A stretch of DNA of 64,000 nt, taken from positions 372,001 through 436,000 of the forward strand of contig JASANG010002067.1 of the NCBI GenBank assembly GCA_030248215.1, in the 5' to 3' direction. Positions 1-12,343 of the stretch are shown here, piece after piece. The notes below the pieces were generated by a model. The model did no database searches, had not been told where the DNA came from, and saw nothing but the letters and a program-made list of their open reading frames with translations. Made by a program: the position numbers and the translations under genes. The stretch is from Enoplolaimus lenunculus (lineage: Eukaryota). How positions within the stretch are numbered: the first letter of the stretch is position 1; each line of letters starts with the position of its first letter.

Positions 1-2137
1 GCTATAGTTAAGAATCTATTGTTTAATTTCCATCGATAATTATTCTGTTATAGTAGTATAAAAAACTTATAGCATTGTGGGAACAAAAGTTTGCTGTACA
101 GTGAGTCATATACCTATATAACCCGACCGTCTACATATGTAGACAGATGTTGATTTGATCATAGTTTGAGTTTTGACAAGAATTGGAACGTTTTGTTCTT
201 ACACACGGTTTTGTATGGTGAGGTAAAGTCAGGGAAATGTCAGGTTTGCATAAATTATCTTTGACTGAGGTCGTACGACGTGTATTAGAACCAAGTGATT
301 CAGAGACAGAAGATGACAAACCGGACGACAATAGTTCAAATGACGACTCAGAATCAGTTGAGTTAGGTCAATGCAGTAGTGAAGAGGCTGCTATTTATGA
401 GCAAGATAGTGATGGTGAATTACAAAAACAATCGGACGCATCTAGTAGTGAGTTGAGCGATATGGACGAGACTTCTAGTGGAAGTAATGTGTTTTTGTCA
501 GCGACGGGTGTTGAGTGGCATTCTACAACACCGCCTGTCCGTGTGTTAGCTAGAAATATAATTCGCTTTCGCGAAGGCACTGCAGTAAACCCTACAACAG
601 AGTCACAAGCATTTTATCTTTATATAAACGAGCCCATTTTACATACAATTCAGCGACTCACTAGTAGGCGACTGCGGGCGCGCAATTTTTCAACGCTACC
701 AATGTGCGAGCTGAAAGCTTGGCTTGGGGTGGTAAGCAGAGCTGGTGCAGATCGCGATAACATGTCTCCAGTGGCTTCACTATTCACCAAAAACGACAGC
801 AGGCCCTTTTACCGCTGCGCGCTGTCAAAAAACAGAATGAAACAGTTGCTGGAAAATGTAACATTCGACAACAAACTGACTCGCCGGGAGCGTCAAAAAA
901 GTGACAAAATGGCTGCTATACGAGATGTTTGGGACCTATTTCAGTCCAACTTACGTCTTCATTATATACCGTCCGAATCACTTACAGTAGATGAACAGCT
1001 CTACGGGTATAGAGGATATGCACCGGGGCGAGCGTACATGCCGGCGAAACCTGCTAAGTACGGCGTAAAAATATTCTGGCTTTGCGATGCTCGGAATGGA
1101 TATGCCCTAAAAGGAAATATTTATACAGGGCGTGAAGGCGAACGGGCCGTAGGGCTTGCTAAACGCATCGTAATGGATCTTATTCAACCATACTGTAACA
1201 CTCAGCGAAACATTTTCATGGACCGCTATTTCACATCCCATGAATTGGCTGTGGACCTATTACAAAGTGGGCTAACGTGCACAGGCACAATAATGGCAAA
1301 TCGCCGCAGCGTACCTCCGGTGCTAAAGTCAACAAAAGAACAAGAGGTCTATAGCACCCGATTTTTATGGGACCACAATAACCGCATAATGTTGGCGTCT
1401 TATTGTCCAAAGAAAAATAAAAATGTGCTATTACTAAGTTCAGTTCATGTGAAAAACGAAGTTTGCACCAGCAGAGAGGACAAAAAACCAGCAGTTATCT
1501 TGGATTATAATTTGGGAAAAGGCGGGGTTGATGTAATGGACTCTTGCATTGATGATTTTACCTGCAAACGCAAAACGAATCGTTATCCTCTAGTCTGCTT
1601 TTTCAATATGATTGATATTGCGTTGCACAACGCATTCATTGTCATGAAACTGAACGGATATCAAAAGTCACGCAATGTTTTCATGAAAAAAGTAGCCGAA
1701 CAACTAGCGCAAGACAATATGACCAAACGTTACAGTAGTGAAAAAATTTACGCAAAATCAAAGGATTCATTTATGGCTTACGGGCTGCCTCAAAAGCGAA
1801 ACGAACCTTCTACATCTGGTAAACCGACCAAATGTCAGGTCACAAGTTGTCGCAAATCTACGAGATTGAGCTGTTCGTCATGTGGAAAACGAGTGTGCAA
1901 GGACCACATGAATCGCACCATAACGTGCAACGACTGTGCTTAACTGGACAACGCGCCCGCAGTGGGAGGCTGGACGGGGAGCGGGTGGAACTCCGCCAGA
2001 ACACTAGTTCTGACTGTCTCAAGCCAGTTAAAGGAGGAGAGCACCCTGAGATAAGCCAAAACTAACGCTAGTTGTGTTGTCTACATATGTAGACCGTTGG
2101 GCTGATTAAGGTGAAAATTTTGCCGGGCCGTTGAGGG
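1..2137 (+). mobile_element. piggyBac DNA transposon (left end outside window)
   Basis: Right end ...CCGTTGAGGG (2137) followed by TTAA (2138-2141). Internal inverted repeat 122-145 vs 2078-2101 centred on palindrome GTCTACATATGTAGAC. Confidence 0.88.
237..1943 (+). CDS. piggyBac-family transposase, intact single-exon ORF (568 aa)
   Basis: Acidic N-terminus; catalytic motifs LTVDEQL, IFMDRYFT, GGVDVMD; KPAKYGVKIFWLCD; YNLGKGGVD; C-terminal Cys-rich domain (CQVTSC..CSSC..VCKDH..CNDC). No stops or frameshifts. Confidence 0.95.
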   Translation: MSGLHKLSLTEVVRRVLEPSDSETEDDKPDDNSSNDDSESVELGQCSSEEAAIYEQDSDGELQKQSDASSSELSDMDETSSGSNVFLSATGVEWHSTTPPVRVLARNIIRFREGTAVNPTTESQAFYLYINEPILHTIQRLTSRRLRARNFSTLPMCELKAWLGVVSRAGADRDNMSPVASLFTKNDSRPFYRCALSKNRMKQLLENVTFDNKLTRRERQKSDKMAAIRDVWDLFQSNLRLHYIPSESLTVDEQLYGYRGYAPGRAYMPAKPAKYGVKIFWLCDARNGYALKGNIYTGREGERAVGLAKRIVMDLIQPYCNTQRNIFMDRYFTSHELAVDLLQSGLTCTGTIMANRRSVPPVLKSTKEQEVYSTRFLWDHNNRIMLASYCPKKNKNVLLLSSVHVKNEVCTSREDKKPAVILDYNLGKGGVDVMDSCIDDFTCKRKTNRYPLVCFFNMIDIALHNAFIVMKLNGYQKSRNVFMKKVAEQLAQDNMTKRYSSEKIYAKSKDSFMAYGLPQKRNEPSTSGKPTKCQVTSCRKSTRLSCSSCGKRVCKDHMNRTITCNDCA

Positions 2138-2359
2138 TTAAGGAAATTTCGTGAAATCCCCACTCTACGAAAGAATAGGGTCACAAAACAATTGAGAGGT
2201 GTAGTTGTAATAAACGAATACTGAGCTAATATTCAATTGACCCGCTGGAAACGGTTTCATGGTTGATGACCGTCTCATGCAAGTTATAATGTTCGTTGTC
2301 GGATTTTGACCAAAGATCAACAGGTGTGGGTTTGCCGTTTAAATCTGATGTAGTAAACT

Positions 2360-4345
2360 CCAAAACTCCAGCGGATAATAGAAATTAATTGACCTTGAAT
2401 CAACTTATAATTTGGTAGTCTCAATACAAAAGAAAGACACTACCCGTCAACACCGTTTCGATGTTATACGATAGTAGCAAGCGGCCAAGAATTTCTCGGT
2501 GAAGCTTTTTTGACAAGTACTGCCGAACCTACTTCTGGAGCAGTGTTGCTCGTGTTTCGCTGTTCAAATCGTGTCGGACGCTGTTGCACAGTCACAGCAC
2601 ATATTCTCTTTTTCAGTGCTGCCAAAAATTGTCAAGTATTTCTTGCACACGTTTCCAGTACTCTATTAGGCCCGTCCAGGTTTCTGTGAACGGCTTCCAA
2701 GACTCAGACGTTCAACCTCGAAAACCTGGAAGAAGTGAGTTTGGGCTTCCCTAGAAAGTGTGACGGAGTTAGCGGTGGTTCCATTAACTCGGCGTTTAAC
2801 GGCACCAGCGGGCATGACTATACGATTGCTGTTGCTTTAGCAACAACGGTGTCAAGCACTGCAAAAGAAACGCATTTATTGTCAGAGTTTTTTACAGCAC
2901 GCTTGCATAACGCTTTCATTTTTTTCCAAAAAACCTACTCTTCCATGGGATCAATTCAGCAGTGAATTTACAACTGACACCATGCATCGCTGTGAAGTTT
3001 TGCACCGAAGGTTCCTGAAAACAATTCTATTAGTATTTCATTAATGAGTTTGAGGAGTGAAAACGCTTAGCATTATCTGATACCACTAAAAAGTAGGATA
3101 GGGCGATAAAATTCTGAACAATTTCCACATGTGAACAGACACGCCTAAACCTTACACCGATCGTGTGTAAGTGATGATTTAATGTACGAAATTCCCATAT
3201 TATTCGGACCAAAAAGGTCGCTGCTTGGATACCTGGAATTGAGGTTGGGGCGAAAACTGAGGGAGACGGTAAGGTTCAAAGCGTATCATCCTGCAAAATC
3301 TGCAAGAGCTAAGTTCTCGTTTCACTGCAGGTCTGCCAGACACAACCCAGTAGTGATATATAACGAAGTTGCGCAAGTGTGTGAGTTACACCAGACTGAA
3401 ATCTGCGGTGCGGTGACAATCTAGGACAACTAGATCGGTGTAGTAGCAATTTCTCGGCCGTAGTTTAGTATGCTTTGCGTCATAATTTAAGTTTAGCTAG
3501 GTCAAAGCGACCTCCTGAGCAACGTAATGTTGGGTTTCCATCTACAGAAACACACAAATTTCGATCAACAGAATGGTCTATTTTTAATTGAGCATGGTTA
3601 GACACAAAAAGCGATGGAAAATGTTTTCTTTGAATGACTTGATCTCAAAATTCTTGGGGATTCCCTGAGTTCTTCAGCCGATAATACCGCCATTGTTTCT
3701 GGTTAACGCTGTTAGCATCGGCGACAAACTGCTTTATGCAAGCGGTCACCATAACTAGTCGAGTTAGAGACAGAAATAATTCTGGTTTAACAAACAGTTC
3801 CGACTCGTCTGACGCGGTACTGTTTAAAACGACAGTTACGTCTTCTGACCCGATTGTATTTTCAAGAGTTGATGTAATTCCATTTTCACAAAAGTAAGAT
3901 ACTTTGACGAAATGATGGTAAAAAAGTTGTCCGAAAGTTTCTTCCGACAAGTCTAGGGCAATAAGGCTGCGACGCGCTGCGAATATAACTTCCGCATTTG
4001 TCCAAAATAGATATAGATTGTAGTTGTTGTGTTTAATGAGAAGCGGTAGGTAGTGCAAGCATGCTCTAAAAATGTGTAAAACCATCGATTGCTTATCGCC
4101 GTATCGTTCTTTTAAAGCGTCCACAACTATATATAGCATAATTGTCGGCGGTCACCCGGTATCCATCAATTACCCCAAGGGCGTCCCCACCAAGGCAAGC
4201 ACGAAGATATTTAAATTTTCAATTGGTGATAGGTCAGTATCTGCGTAGATGCTACTCGAAAATGTATCCCAAAACTCCCATTTCAAGGCATCACACGAAA
4301 ATTTTCTAATTTCAACCTGAGGCAGGTTGACATGGACATTCTAAA
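2360..4345 (-). pseudogene. Degenerate BEL/Pao LTR retrotransposon gag-pol remnant
   Basis: Minus-strand fragments with stops/frameshifts: LPQVEIRKFS..WEFWDTF..KYLRACLGGDALGVIDGY..VVDALKERYGDK (DUF1759-like gag); FLSLTRLVMVTACIKQFV (region before integrase); SWPLATIV..YYPLE (DUF5641-like integrase C-terminus). Large internal deletions. Confidence 0.8.
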
Positions 4346-4532
4346 CGACAGATCGCTATTATTTACGCTCGTTTGCGGTGTGTCGAACGGCTGAGAGTTT
4401 ATAACACGCGCAACACCTTCAAATCAAAAGCAGTGTTTTTTGTTGGTAAAATTGCAATTATACTCAAAATTTAATCGAATTCAGAATGTGTCTCAATTTT
4501 AGCATGCACGTCTATTACTATATGCTTAAGCC

Positions 4533-5277
4533 TGTTGTTCCACTAAGTCACTAGCTCACACCGTACAAACAAAATGCAACCTTTAACGTGACAACCCAAG
4601 TTCTCCGTTCCAAGAATCCCCAAGAACACAGACGAGACTAGCCCCGCTAGAATCGTCTAACCCCAGAAAACTCCGAATAAAATCCCAAGAACTCCGTTAA
4701 CACATTCCCCAATATTTTCGGTTTTCCCCAAGTCACCCGTACACGTATGCAAGTTAATTCCGTAAAACTTTACGCTACTCACGCCAACTCGTTAAGTCCG
4801 TATCCGCACACAAGAAAACCGCATAAAAGAAAACCGCATGTTCAAGTTGAGAATACCACAAATGGATTTTGGGGCCTGCCTACCCCAGGCCCCGTTTTGA
4901 GCTATTTTGCATATTTTGTGTGTCCCGGGTGTCTCGGGCACCTTAGGGACACATAACGCCATCACTGCAATATATACATCATAACAACAACAATATGTCC
5001 CATTCCTACCCCTAGCTATGCGATTACGCACCATAAGCCGACAAAAATATATATTTAGTGGCCACGCAGGGCCTTTGAGCACTGATACCTTGCGGACGCA
5101 GCCGCCATGCATAGATTTATAAATTTTACGCCGTTTAGCCACGCCTGAGCCGAACTTAAGTTCTAAGAGAGACTAGGCGGAGCCGGAGACTCCCTTAAGG
5201 TGTGGTTTAGGATGTGGTTTTAGATTTGTTTCAATTTTTAGGTTGAAATATATTTAAGAGTGGCACAGCCACCTACA
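4533..5277 (-). mobile_element. Partial LTR related to the solo LTR at 32817-34045
   Basis: Minus strand begins TGTAGGTGG at 5277. Shares blocks (CTTAAGGGAGTC..GGCTCC.CCTAGTCTCTCTTAGAA; GGCCCTGCGTGGCCA) with 32817-33830. Same orientation as the adjacent BEL gag. Confidence 0.65.
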
Positions 5278-5722
5278 ATCTCTATTTCTAAGCACGACAA
5301 GATATCTTGGTCAAATTGCTAAATTGCTGGCGATAATCCTTTTTTCACTAAAATTGTGCGAACCGATTCAGTTGGCAATGTGATTTTCAGCGTGGCTAAA
5401 GTTTTTGTGTCCATACTGATGCGGGAACTTGACTAAATTTTCAAATTAGACCACTAGTTCATTCTCAAATTCAGAGAATAACGCACCAGGAGTTGCGCAT
5501 TATCATACAAATGCAATCACCGCAAAATGGGCCAAATCACAGCATATAACAATTCGTAATTGAATAGCTTCACTCGGGTTAGAATTATTTGTTAAATTAG
5601 AAGAATTCACCCTTTTGGTCGATAGCCCAGCTACCGGATAAAATTATAAATATTATTTTAAAAATTGTAAAATAATTTAGGCCCAATATTTATCTTCGTT
5701 GGAGAAAATTTTTTTAATCCTG

Positions 5723-6594
5723 TACTGTAGTAGTAACACGAATAAGAGGGGGGAGGACTGATATTTAGTTGGCCTCTCCTGATGGTACCCCCCTTGTTAT
5801 TCGGTTACGGACTGTTATTTATTTTTACCCACGCTCCATCACCCTTTGTTACTGATATATATCCGGTGCTGAAACTATCCGTTGAATTAAACGTTTATTC
5901 GTCTTCCGTGAATAGCTTGAACGATCGTGCAAGGTTACTTAGGAATGTATATTCAAAATTTAAGTACGCCTTAAGATTCGAACTCAATTTTATTTGGTCC
6001 TGGAGCAGGGTGCAACCGGAATTATAAAATACCGAAACCGGAAAGTTAAAAAATACCGGAATCGGAAAATAAAAATATTTGTTACCGAAAAATTCATTAT
6101 TAGCGCTATTTTAACGCTTTTAATGCTGTAAACACCATTAAGAATGCCAAATCCTGAAACAAATGCAGCAGATGGAAACAGATGATAAATTATGGAGTGT
6201 GGCACAAATTGAAAATTTTGGCAATTCACACTCGGACAATTTTAGATACATAAGTTAGAATAATATGCCAATTTTTCTTAAATTTTCGAATGAGAAAATT
6301 TTCAATACCGAAAATACCGGAAAATTCCGGTAAAAAACCGGAATTCTTACCGGAACCGGATAGTGTAAAAAACCGGATTTCCCTAACGGAACCGGAATTC
6401 CGGTTGCACTCTGTCTTGGAGTCATTTATGCACTACAATTAGGAATAACTGACCTGTATGGACTCTAATTAGGATTTAGGGACTCAATCCACTTACGGAC
6501 TCTTATTAGGGATACGGACTCCTCTTATTGATTGGGACTCAAGATGGGGACCCGCTCTTATTACCCACACCCTCTTATTCGGGTCAATACAGTA
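5723..6594. mobile_element. Tc1/mariner-pogo-like MITE (TA-flanked), interrupted by a hAT-like MITE
   Basis: Ends TACTGTAG..CGAATAAGAGGG and CCCTCTTATTCGGGTCAATACAGTA. Internal sequence matches the uninterrupted copy at 12344-12782. Confidence 0.7.
6006..6413. mobile_element. hAT-like MITE, family CAGGGTGCAACCGGAATT
   Basis: TIRs CAGGGTGCAACCGGAATT / AATTCCGGTTGCACTCTG; 8-bp TSD TCCTGGAG / TCTTGGAG; ACCGG(A/T)A subterminal repeats. Confidence 0.85.
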
Positions 6595-7047
6595 CGCAGA
6601 ATATTAATTTACAACTTACGACAACAAGGCCCCCTGGCTTTGAACACCTAATTTTGGTGTGCCCCGTTTATGGACCTATGACTGCGCCCCTGACGTACCA
6701 CGGTTTTAAAAAACAAAATAATAACAGTATTTATCATTGTCTTGTTTAAATATTTTTAAACGCGCAACCCAAGGTCACAAATAGTACCACATTTTTGTGT
6801 CGGCCAAAAATATTTTAAACTACTAATGCTTTACAATGGGAAAGACGTCTTTCTCAATTTCGATCAATAAAATTTAAACTTCTGGGGCTATATTCCCGTG
6901 CGGCAATCAGTAAAACTTTATAAAGGGTCATTTGCTTAAACGCAAGTGCGTAAGTTTCAGAACTAAATCAACAAGATTTAACGATTTGAGCTTGCTTTGT
7001 TGTTTTGCCCATGTGAACAACTGATACGCGGTAGGGGTAGAAGGTAC

Positions 7048-7272
7048 GCTGTTGTTGTTTTTATTCTTCTTCTTGTTGTTGTTGTTGTTGTTGTTGCTGC
7101 TGCTGCTGTTGTTGTTGTTGTTGTTGTTGTTGTTATTGTTGTTGTTGATGATGATGTTGTTGTTGCTGTTGTGTTGTTGTTGTTGATGATGTTGTTGTTG
7201 GTGGTGGTGGTGTTGTTCTTGTTGTCGTCGTCGTTATTGTTGTTGTTGCTGCTGCTACTGCTGCTGCTACTA
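7048..7272. repeat. Compound trinucleotide microsatellite (GTT/GCT/GAT/GGT)n
   Basis: Directly visible. Confidence 0.95.
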
Positions 7273-9009
7273 CGGAACCTTTGCCGGATGGCTGGTAGAC
7301 GCTGTTTGTAATGTTTTTAACCGTCTGTATTCTACCAAAACAACTGCAAAAATAGTTTAAAAGGTTTAAAAGTTTCGATACCTAAGTCTGAAAATAGCCC
7401 GCACCATGGTGCACCAATTTACAGGCACTGTGTTTACTGCATGCCCAAAATTTAAAACTTTCACTATTTTGTTTACAGCTGTGGCAAAACAAAATTATAT
7501 ACCAAAAATAGACGGCACTTTCCGCCAACTCGATAGCGTAAAGCTAGAGCCATGAGTATATATGCATAGGTTATGTAGTATTTCGACACGTTCTACAGCA
7601 AAATTTGCAAGAAATTTCGCATAAACCTCTTTTTGACACGATTGTTTTCGTAGGACATAGAAACTGTTAACTTTATCTAGTATCAAAATAGTACGTATTC
7701 AATTAATAACTTGCGTATAGGTACAGCGGGCATTTTGGCTGTTGTTGAGTTTATCCTTTGCGAGACCACAAAAATATATGTTAAAATATTAAATTTTCAT
7801 GCATATGGTTTTTGTTAACCAAGAACGACAATACTTGTTCGATGAATTTTTCTGGCTGTAGAAAATTATGTACTTATTAGAGTTGAAATCGATATTAATG
7901 TTGTATCATGGTACAGCAAAACTACAAAATACCTATAGAACTATACGAATTTTGCAATATATACAACCAAAAACTGATCTGAGACAAGCAGACAGCTTAA
8001 ACAATCCCCAACCCCGACATTAGCTACATTTAAAGAGAAATTCGCCGATTGTCAAAATACACAACTTGCCGCCGAAGCGGTAGGTGTGGTGTATATAGGT
8101 TTAACATAAAAAACTTGACACAAAAACATAAACACTGTCCAAGTAAAAGACAAACGTCTAAAGTTTTTAGCTCATTGACGGCAACAAACACGGGAACCAG
8201 AGCCAAAAAGGTGTCGTTTCCAAAAAGCCGCCATACATAATGCGTATGTTTGCGCGGGAAGGCCGCCGTAATATGCGACACTTGCTGATTTATTTGTTCT
8301 TCTACAGTAAAATAGACCAGCACAGAGATTTGGGTTGTTGTTTTTAGACAAGCCATACAATAACAAACAGTCATTGTGTTTTGTAAATTTGATATATTGC
8401 TCATTTTCTGTTTTCAACCTGTCGTGAAAACAAACATTTGTCCGAGTACCAATACGAAAAGATGTGCTTGCACAACAACACACAATTATGAGCGCTTAAC
8501 ACCTAACTGCTCAATGCCGCTGTGTAGGTCCTTAATCTTTAAGTCGTTGGCTAAAAATTTAACTGTAAATTTCTGTGTGCCCAAATACAAAATTAGGTAC
8601 TCAACAGTGAATTTTACTGTAATGGGTAAGATCAGTAAGATAAAGGTTTATCTTCTTTACATTTGTAAAATAATCGAAATTTTGTTCAAATTTTCTCGGT
8701 TTGTTAGTTTTTGTTATTTGGCCGCCGTAAAAGCTTCGGCACTTTTGTACTCACCAGCGCAGTGGAAACTTTCTGCTTAGGCGTAGGCCTGGCTAGATTT
8801 AAAGGCTTAGATTAGGTATAAAATATTCTTATAATACTTTTACGGCTCTCAACCATACACTGGCCATTTGAGGCTATATACTTGGGTTATTCGTGGAGTC
8901 AGGACTTTTTCACTGTGGGGAAGAACTATAAAAGTTCATAAGCGAATTCGTTGGAGTGTCGAAGAGTAGCGAAAACTGTTGATGATCAAATGAGGAAGTG
9001 GTTCAAATT

Positions 9010-11122
9010 TTAAGCTCCTTGCGCTGGTTCTGCACCAGTATCAGCACCACACTGGTTTTCAGCACCTGCTGCAGGTTGTACATCAACTGTTTGTTTTGGA
9101 ACTTCACCGGATTCTTCGGCTACACACACCTGCTGAACAGGTGTTTCTTCTTCAACTTGCGCTTGACCTGCGTCCACGTTCTGCTCACCAACAGGTTGTT
9201 CTGCAGTCGCTGGAGAAGTTGCTGTCACAAATTCCACCGGCATATTCTTTCGCTTCGCTGCTTCGTCCGTTATACCCTGCCACACATCCTTTCCTGTAGA
9301 TTTCGAATCGTCTGCGGTAATGTAGAAGATTACAAATCTTTCCTAAAATTTGAAAAATTCTCAATTAAATAAAACATAAACACCAAATCGATATAGAAGT
9401 TTGTTATGTTATGAATGGTCGGTCTATTGCATTCATTCAAAGCGACCGAAATGTTTGTAGTACTGAGACTACCAACAAAAATGTATCAAACATCAAGTGT
9501 AAAAACGCACTTTTTTTGAAGCTGGATCGTACTCAAACGGAAACAACGTCAGCTTCACTGTTTCTGATGCGCCAGGGGCCAAAATACCCATCACTGGACG
9601 TATTTTAAAGCGATCATTGTTAGTGCATTTTACTTTGAATGCAATTTTATTCGTGTCAACATTTGTAATTGTCAAATCGGTCACTTTGTTTTCAGTAAAA
9701 GGACCAGAAAAATCTGAAACAATATATATATTCCCAGTGGTTCTAAAAGCAACAGAAACTAGTGATGGGCATCGGGTATTTGTTATATTCGAATATTCGG
9801 CAGTTTTTGCCGGCTTGAGTTTTTGGTATAATTTTGGGCAATAAACTGCAGGCATTTTTAAATAATTAATCTTAAACCAAAATTTTTGACAATACTTTAC
9901 AGATATTTGCTAAAATTAGCAAATTAACTCCTAGACAACTCAGCGCAGTATATATACGGTAAATAATATATATCGCACCGTGTTTAACAATTGCAACAAG
10001 TATACATAGTACTAAATCACCACAAGACGTGAGAGACCCATCGGGCTCGAGCGTCAAGCTCCTATAGCTGAGTTGTGATGGTGTACGCCTTCCACTCCAG
10101 TCACTGGAGTTCGAATCCTAGCCTAAAAGTAGGTCTCAGTGGAAATAGAAAATATTCATGTGAGAAAGGGATAAGCGAAAAATTTTCAGTTTACTATCTA
10201 TAACCCCTTCTCGCATTGAGTTGGCTATAGGCAACTCAGTGCAGTATATATATGGTAAATAATATATATCGCACCGTGTTTAACAATTGCAACACGTATA
10301 CATACTACTAAATCACCACAAGACGTGAGACCCCTCGGGCTCGAGCGTCAAGCTCCTATAGCTGAGTGGTGATGGTATACGCCTCCCACTCCAGTCACTG
10401 GAGTTCGAATCCTAGCCTAAAAGTAGGTCTCAATGGAAATAGAAAATATTCATGTGAGAAAGGGTTAAATATTGTTTGAACGATCTTATTTCGCGTCACC
10501 TCCAATTCTGGCTCCGGCAATTTGTTAACCTCCAACTACAGCATTTTACCACTTAGATGAGTTCCCCGTAGGTTCTGCATGGAGAAAACTTCAAAAACTG
10601 CTAAGTGCCAATTGACCATTTATATCGAGGCATAAAAGTGGATGTATCTGGGATTCTGGTAAAATTCTTGCCGAATGGTTCGTCATTCAGTGTTTAAAGA
10701 CTATTCGTATTCTTTACAAATGTCGCACACTATAGTTCAATGATTTTGTAGCACCTTTGGGCAATATTGAAGGCTAAATTCTTGAGCTTTTGTAAAAAAA
10801 GAACCTTAAAACTAAGGGCACTTTGCAGAGTAATATATATTTGGCAGTTGTTTCGCTTTGCTGCGGTAGAAATTGCAGTAGACCTTCTTCAAAACTTCAA
10901 AGTTTAGATGTTTCCATTTTCGTGCAATTAAAAGAAAGATTTTTTACTTAAATTGCGAAGCGTTACCTGTGTTTTTGTGTTCTGCTGCATTCAGTGAATG
11001 TAGAAATGTTGCAGTGGCACCGAAGTAAAAATTTTCGACAATCAAAACATATTCAATTTTCAAACAAAGCCAAACATACTTATAGAATCCGTTGGATTAG
11101 TTTCGATCGACTGGGCTGCCAT
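9010..11122 (-). CDS. MSP (major sperm protein)-domain protein, VAP-like N-terminal domain plus acidic low-complexity tail, ~192 aa, 3 exons
   Basis: Exons 11122-11080, 9713-9511, 9342-9010 with GT-AG boundaries join in frame: MAAQSIETNPTDSINFSGPFTENKVTDLTITNVDTNKIAFKVKCTNNDRFKIRPVMGILAPGASETVKLTLFPFEYDPASKKERFVIFY... The FKVKxT and RPxxG motifs are typical of MSP domains. Confidence 0.85.
9924..10468 (+). mobile_element. Two tandem copies of a ~260-bp TTAA-type MITE containing tRNA-derived A and B boxes
   Basis: Copy 2: ATAA|CCCCTTCTCGCAT (10204) to ATGTGAGAAAGGG|TTAA (10464). Copy 1 ends at 10170 and has a damaged left end. A box TAGCTGAGTGG (10359), B box GGAGTTCGAATCC (10400). Confidence 0.7.
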
Positions 11123-12343
11123 TGGTTATTATATGCGTTATTGAGTCGTGTATAACAACGTATTAGTAGAAACAAATAGAACAAGTAAAATAAGCTAAGC
11201 AAAGATGATATGTCAGCTCGCGGCTAAATCATAAAATATTCATGGTTCAAAAATGTATTTGACTAAAAATTTTCTTAACAAGAATTTTTCAGCCACTGTG
11301 AATAATATTTAATTTGACAGGATTATCGTCTCACACAATACCGGTAGACAATTAAAACAACAAAAAGGCTGGAAACCTAGCCTATTTTAGCTACTGCAAA
11401 AAATCGGGATTTGGTTTAATTTTAGAGTCCATATTTGGCGCTTTAAGAGAACTAGACATGTCATTCGAAGCTGTGAATGTCCGTTACAACATAAAAATCG
11501 CGCAATTTAAAATTGCGTAAATATGCAGCTGAGAATGCAACCAGAGGTGTGAAAACTACTGGCCAAAATACTGGTGCCAAACGTTAAGAAATTTGCTGGA
11601 ACAAGCGTTGAGGCAAAATTAGGTAGTTTTAAAATATTTAAATTGCTAATTGTTAGCAAATATCTGTAAAAAGTGTTGGAAAATTTCTCTTTACGCTTAC
11701 TTGTTACGAAATTTTCACGTTTTCCTCGAAATTGTACCAAAGTTAAAACAAGGCGGACCAAATTTTTTAATAAACAATTCGAAAGTGCAGGAACCTCAGA
11801 AAAATTAAAAATTATGCAAACGCTAACAGAAAAACAAAACAATCTGTGACCTTCATAAGTGCCAAAATGCTAACAAAATTGTACCAGCTCAAAACATAAG
11901 AACGAGGCTAAACGTTTACTGCAGTTTAATTTATCATAAACATCACTTAAAAAAGATTAAAACTAAAATTTCAATTGGGTCTGCAATACTCTTAGTTTCG
12001 ACTGGAATCTTGTGAAAACTTAATTATATACATGGTAATGAAGGATTCAAATTTTATTCAAATAGCCGCTTCTTAGACTGGTAAAAACGTCTCCATACCA
12101 GACTCCAAACTTCGATTCTAAACTTTAAATTAATTACTGCTGCGAATGTGAATGGGCTATATAGAACTTAAAAATTTATGCACATAAAAGGCGTGTTATT
12201 TCATAAAATTTCAACTCGGGCTAAAGGAAATTAAGGAAATTCGAAATTCTATCAACGAACTATGAAAACACAACTGGATTTTAATACCGTAGAATACAAC
12301 ACCAGATTCCATTACTGAAGTCGAAAATGGTATATTTTAACGC

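Noticed and set aside
6997..7311. Poly-Val/Leu 104-aa ORF
   Set aside because: Translation of a trinucleotide microsatellite.
8030..8780. Overlapping 100-130 aa ORFs
   Set aside because: No recognisable motifs or consistent exon structure.
10352..10420. Functional tRNA-Gly gene
   Set aside because: A and B boxes are present but the acceptor stem does not pair, and it sits inside a duplicated mobile element.
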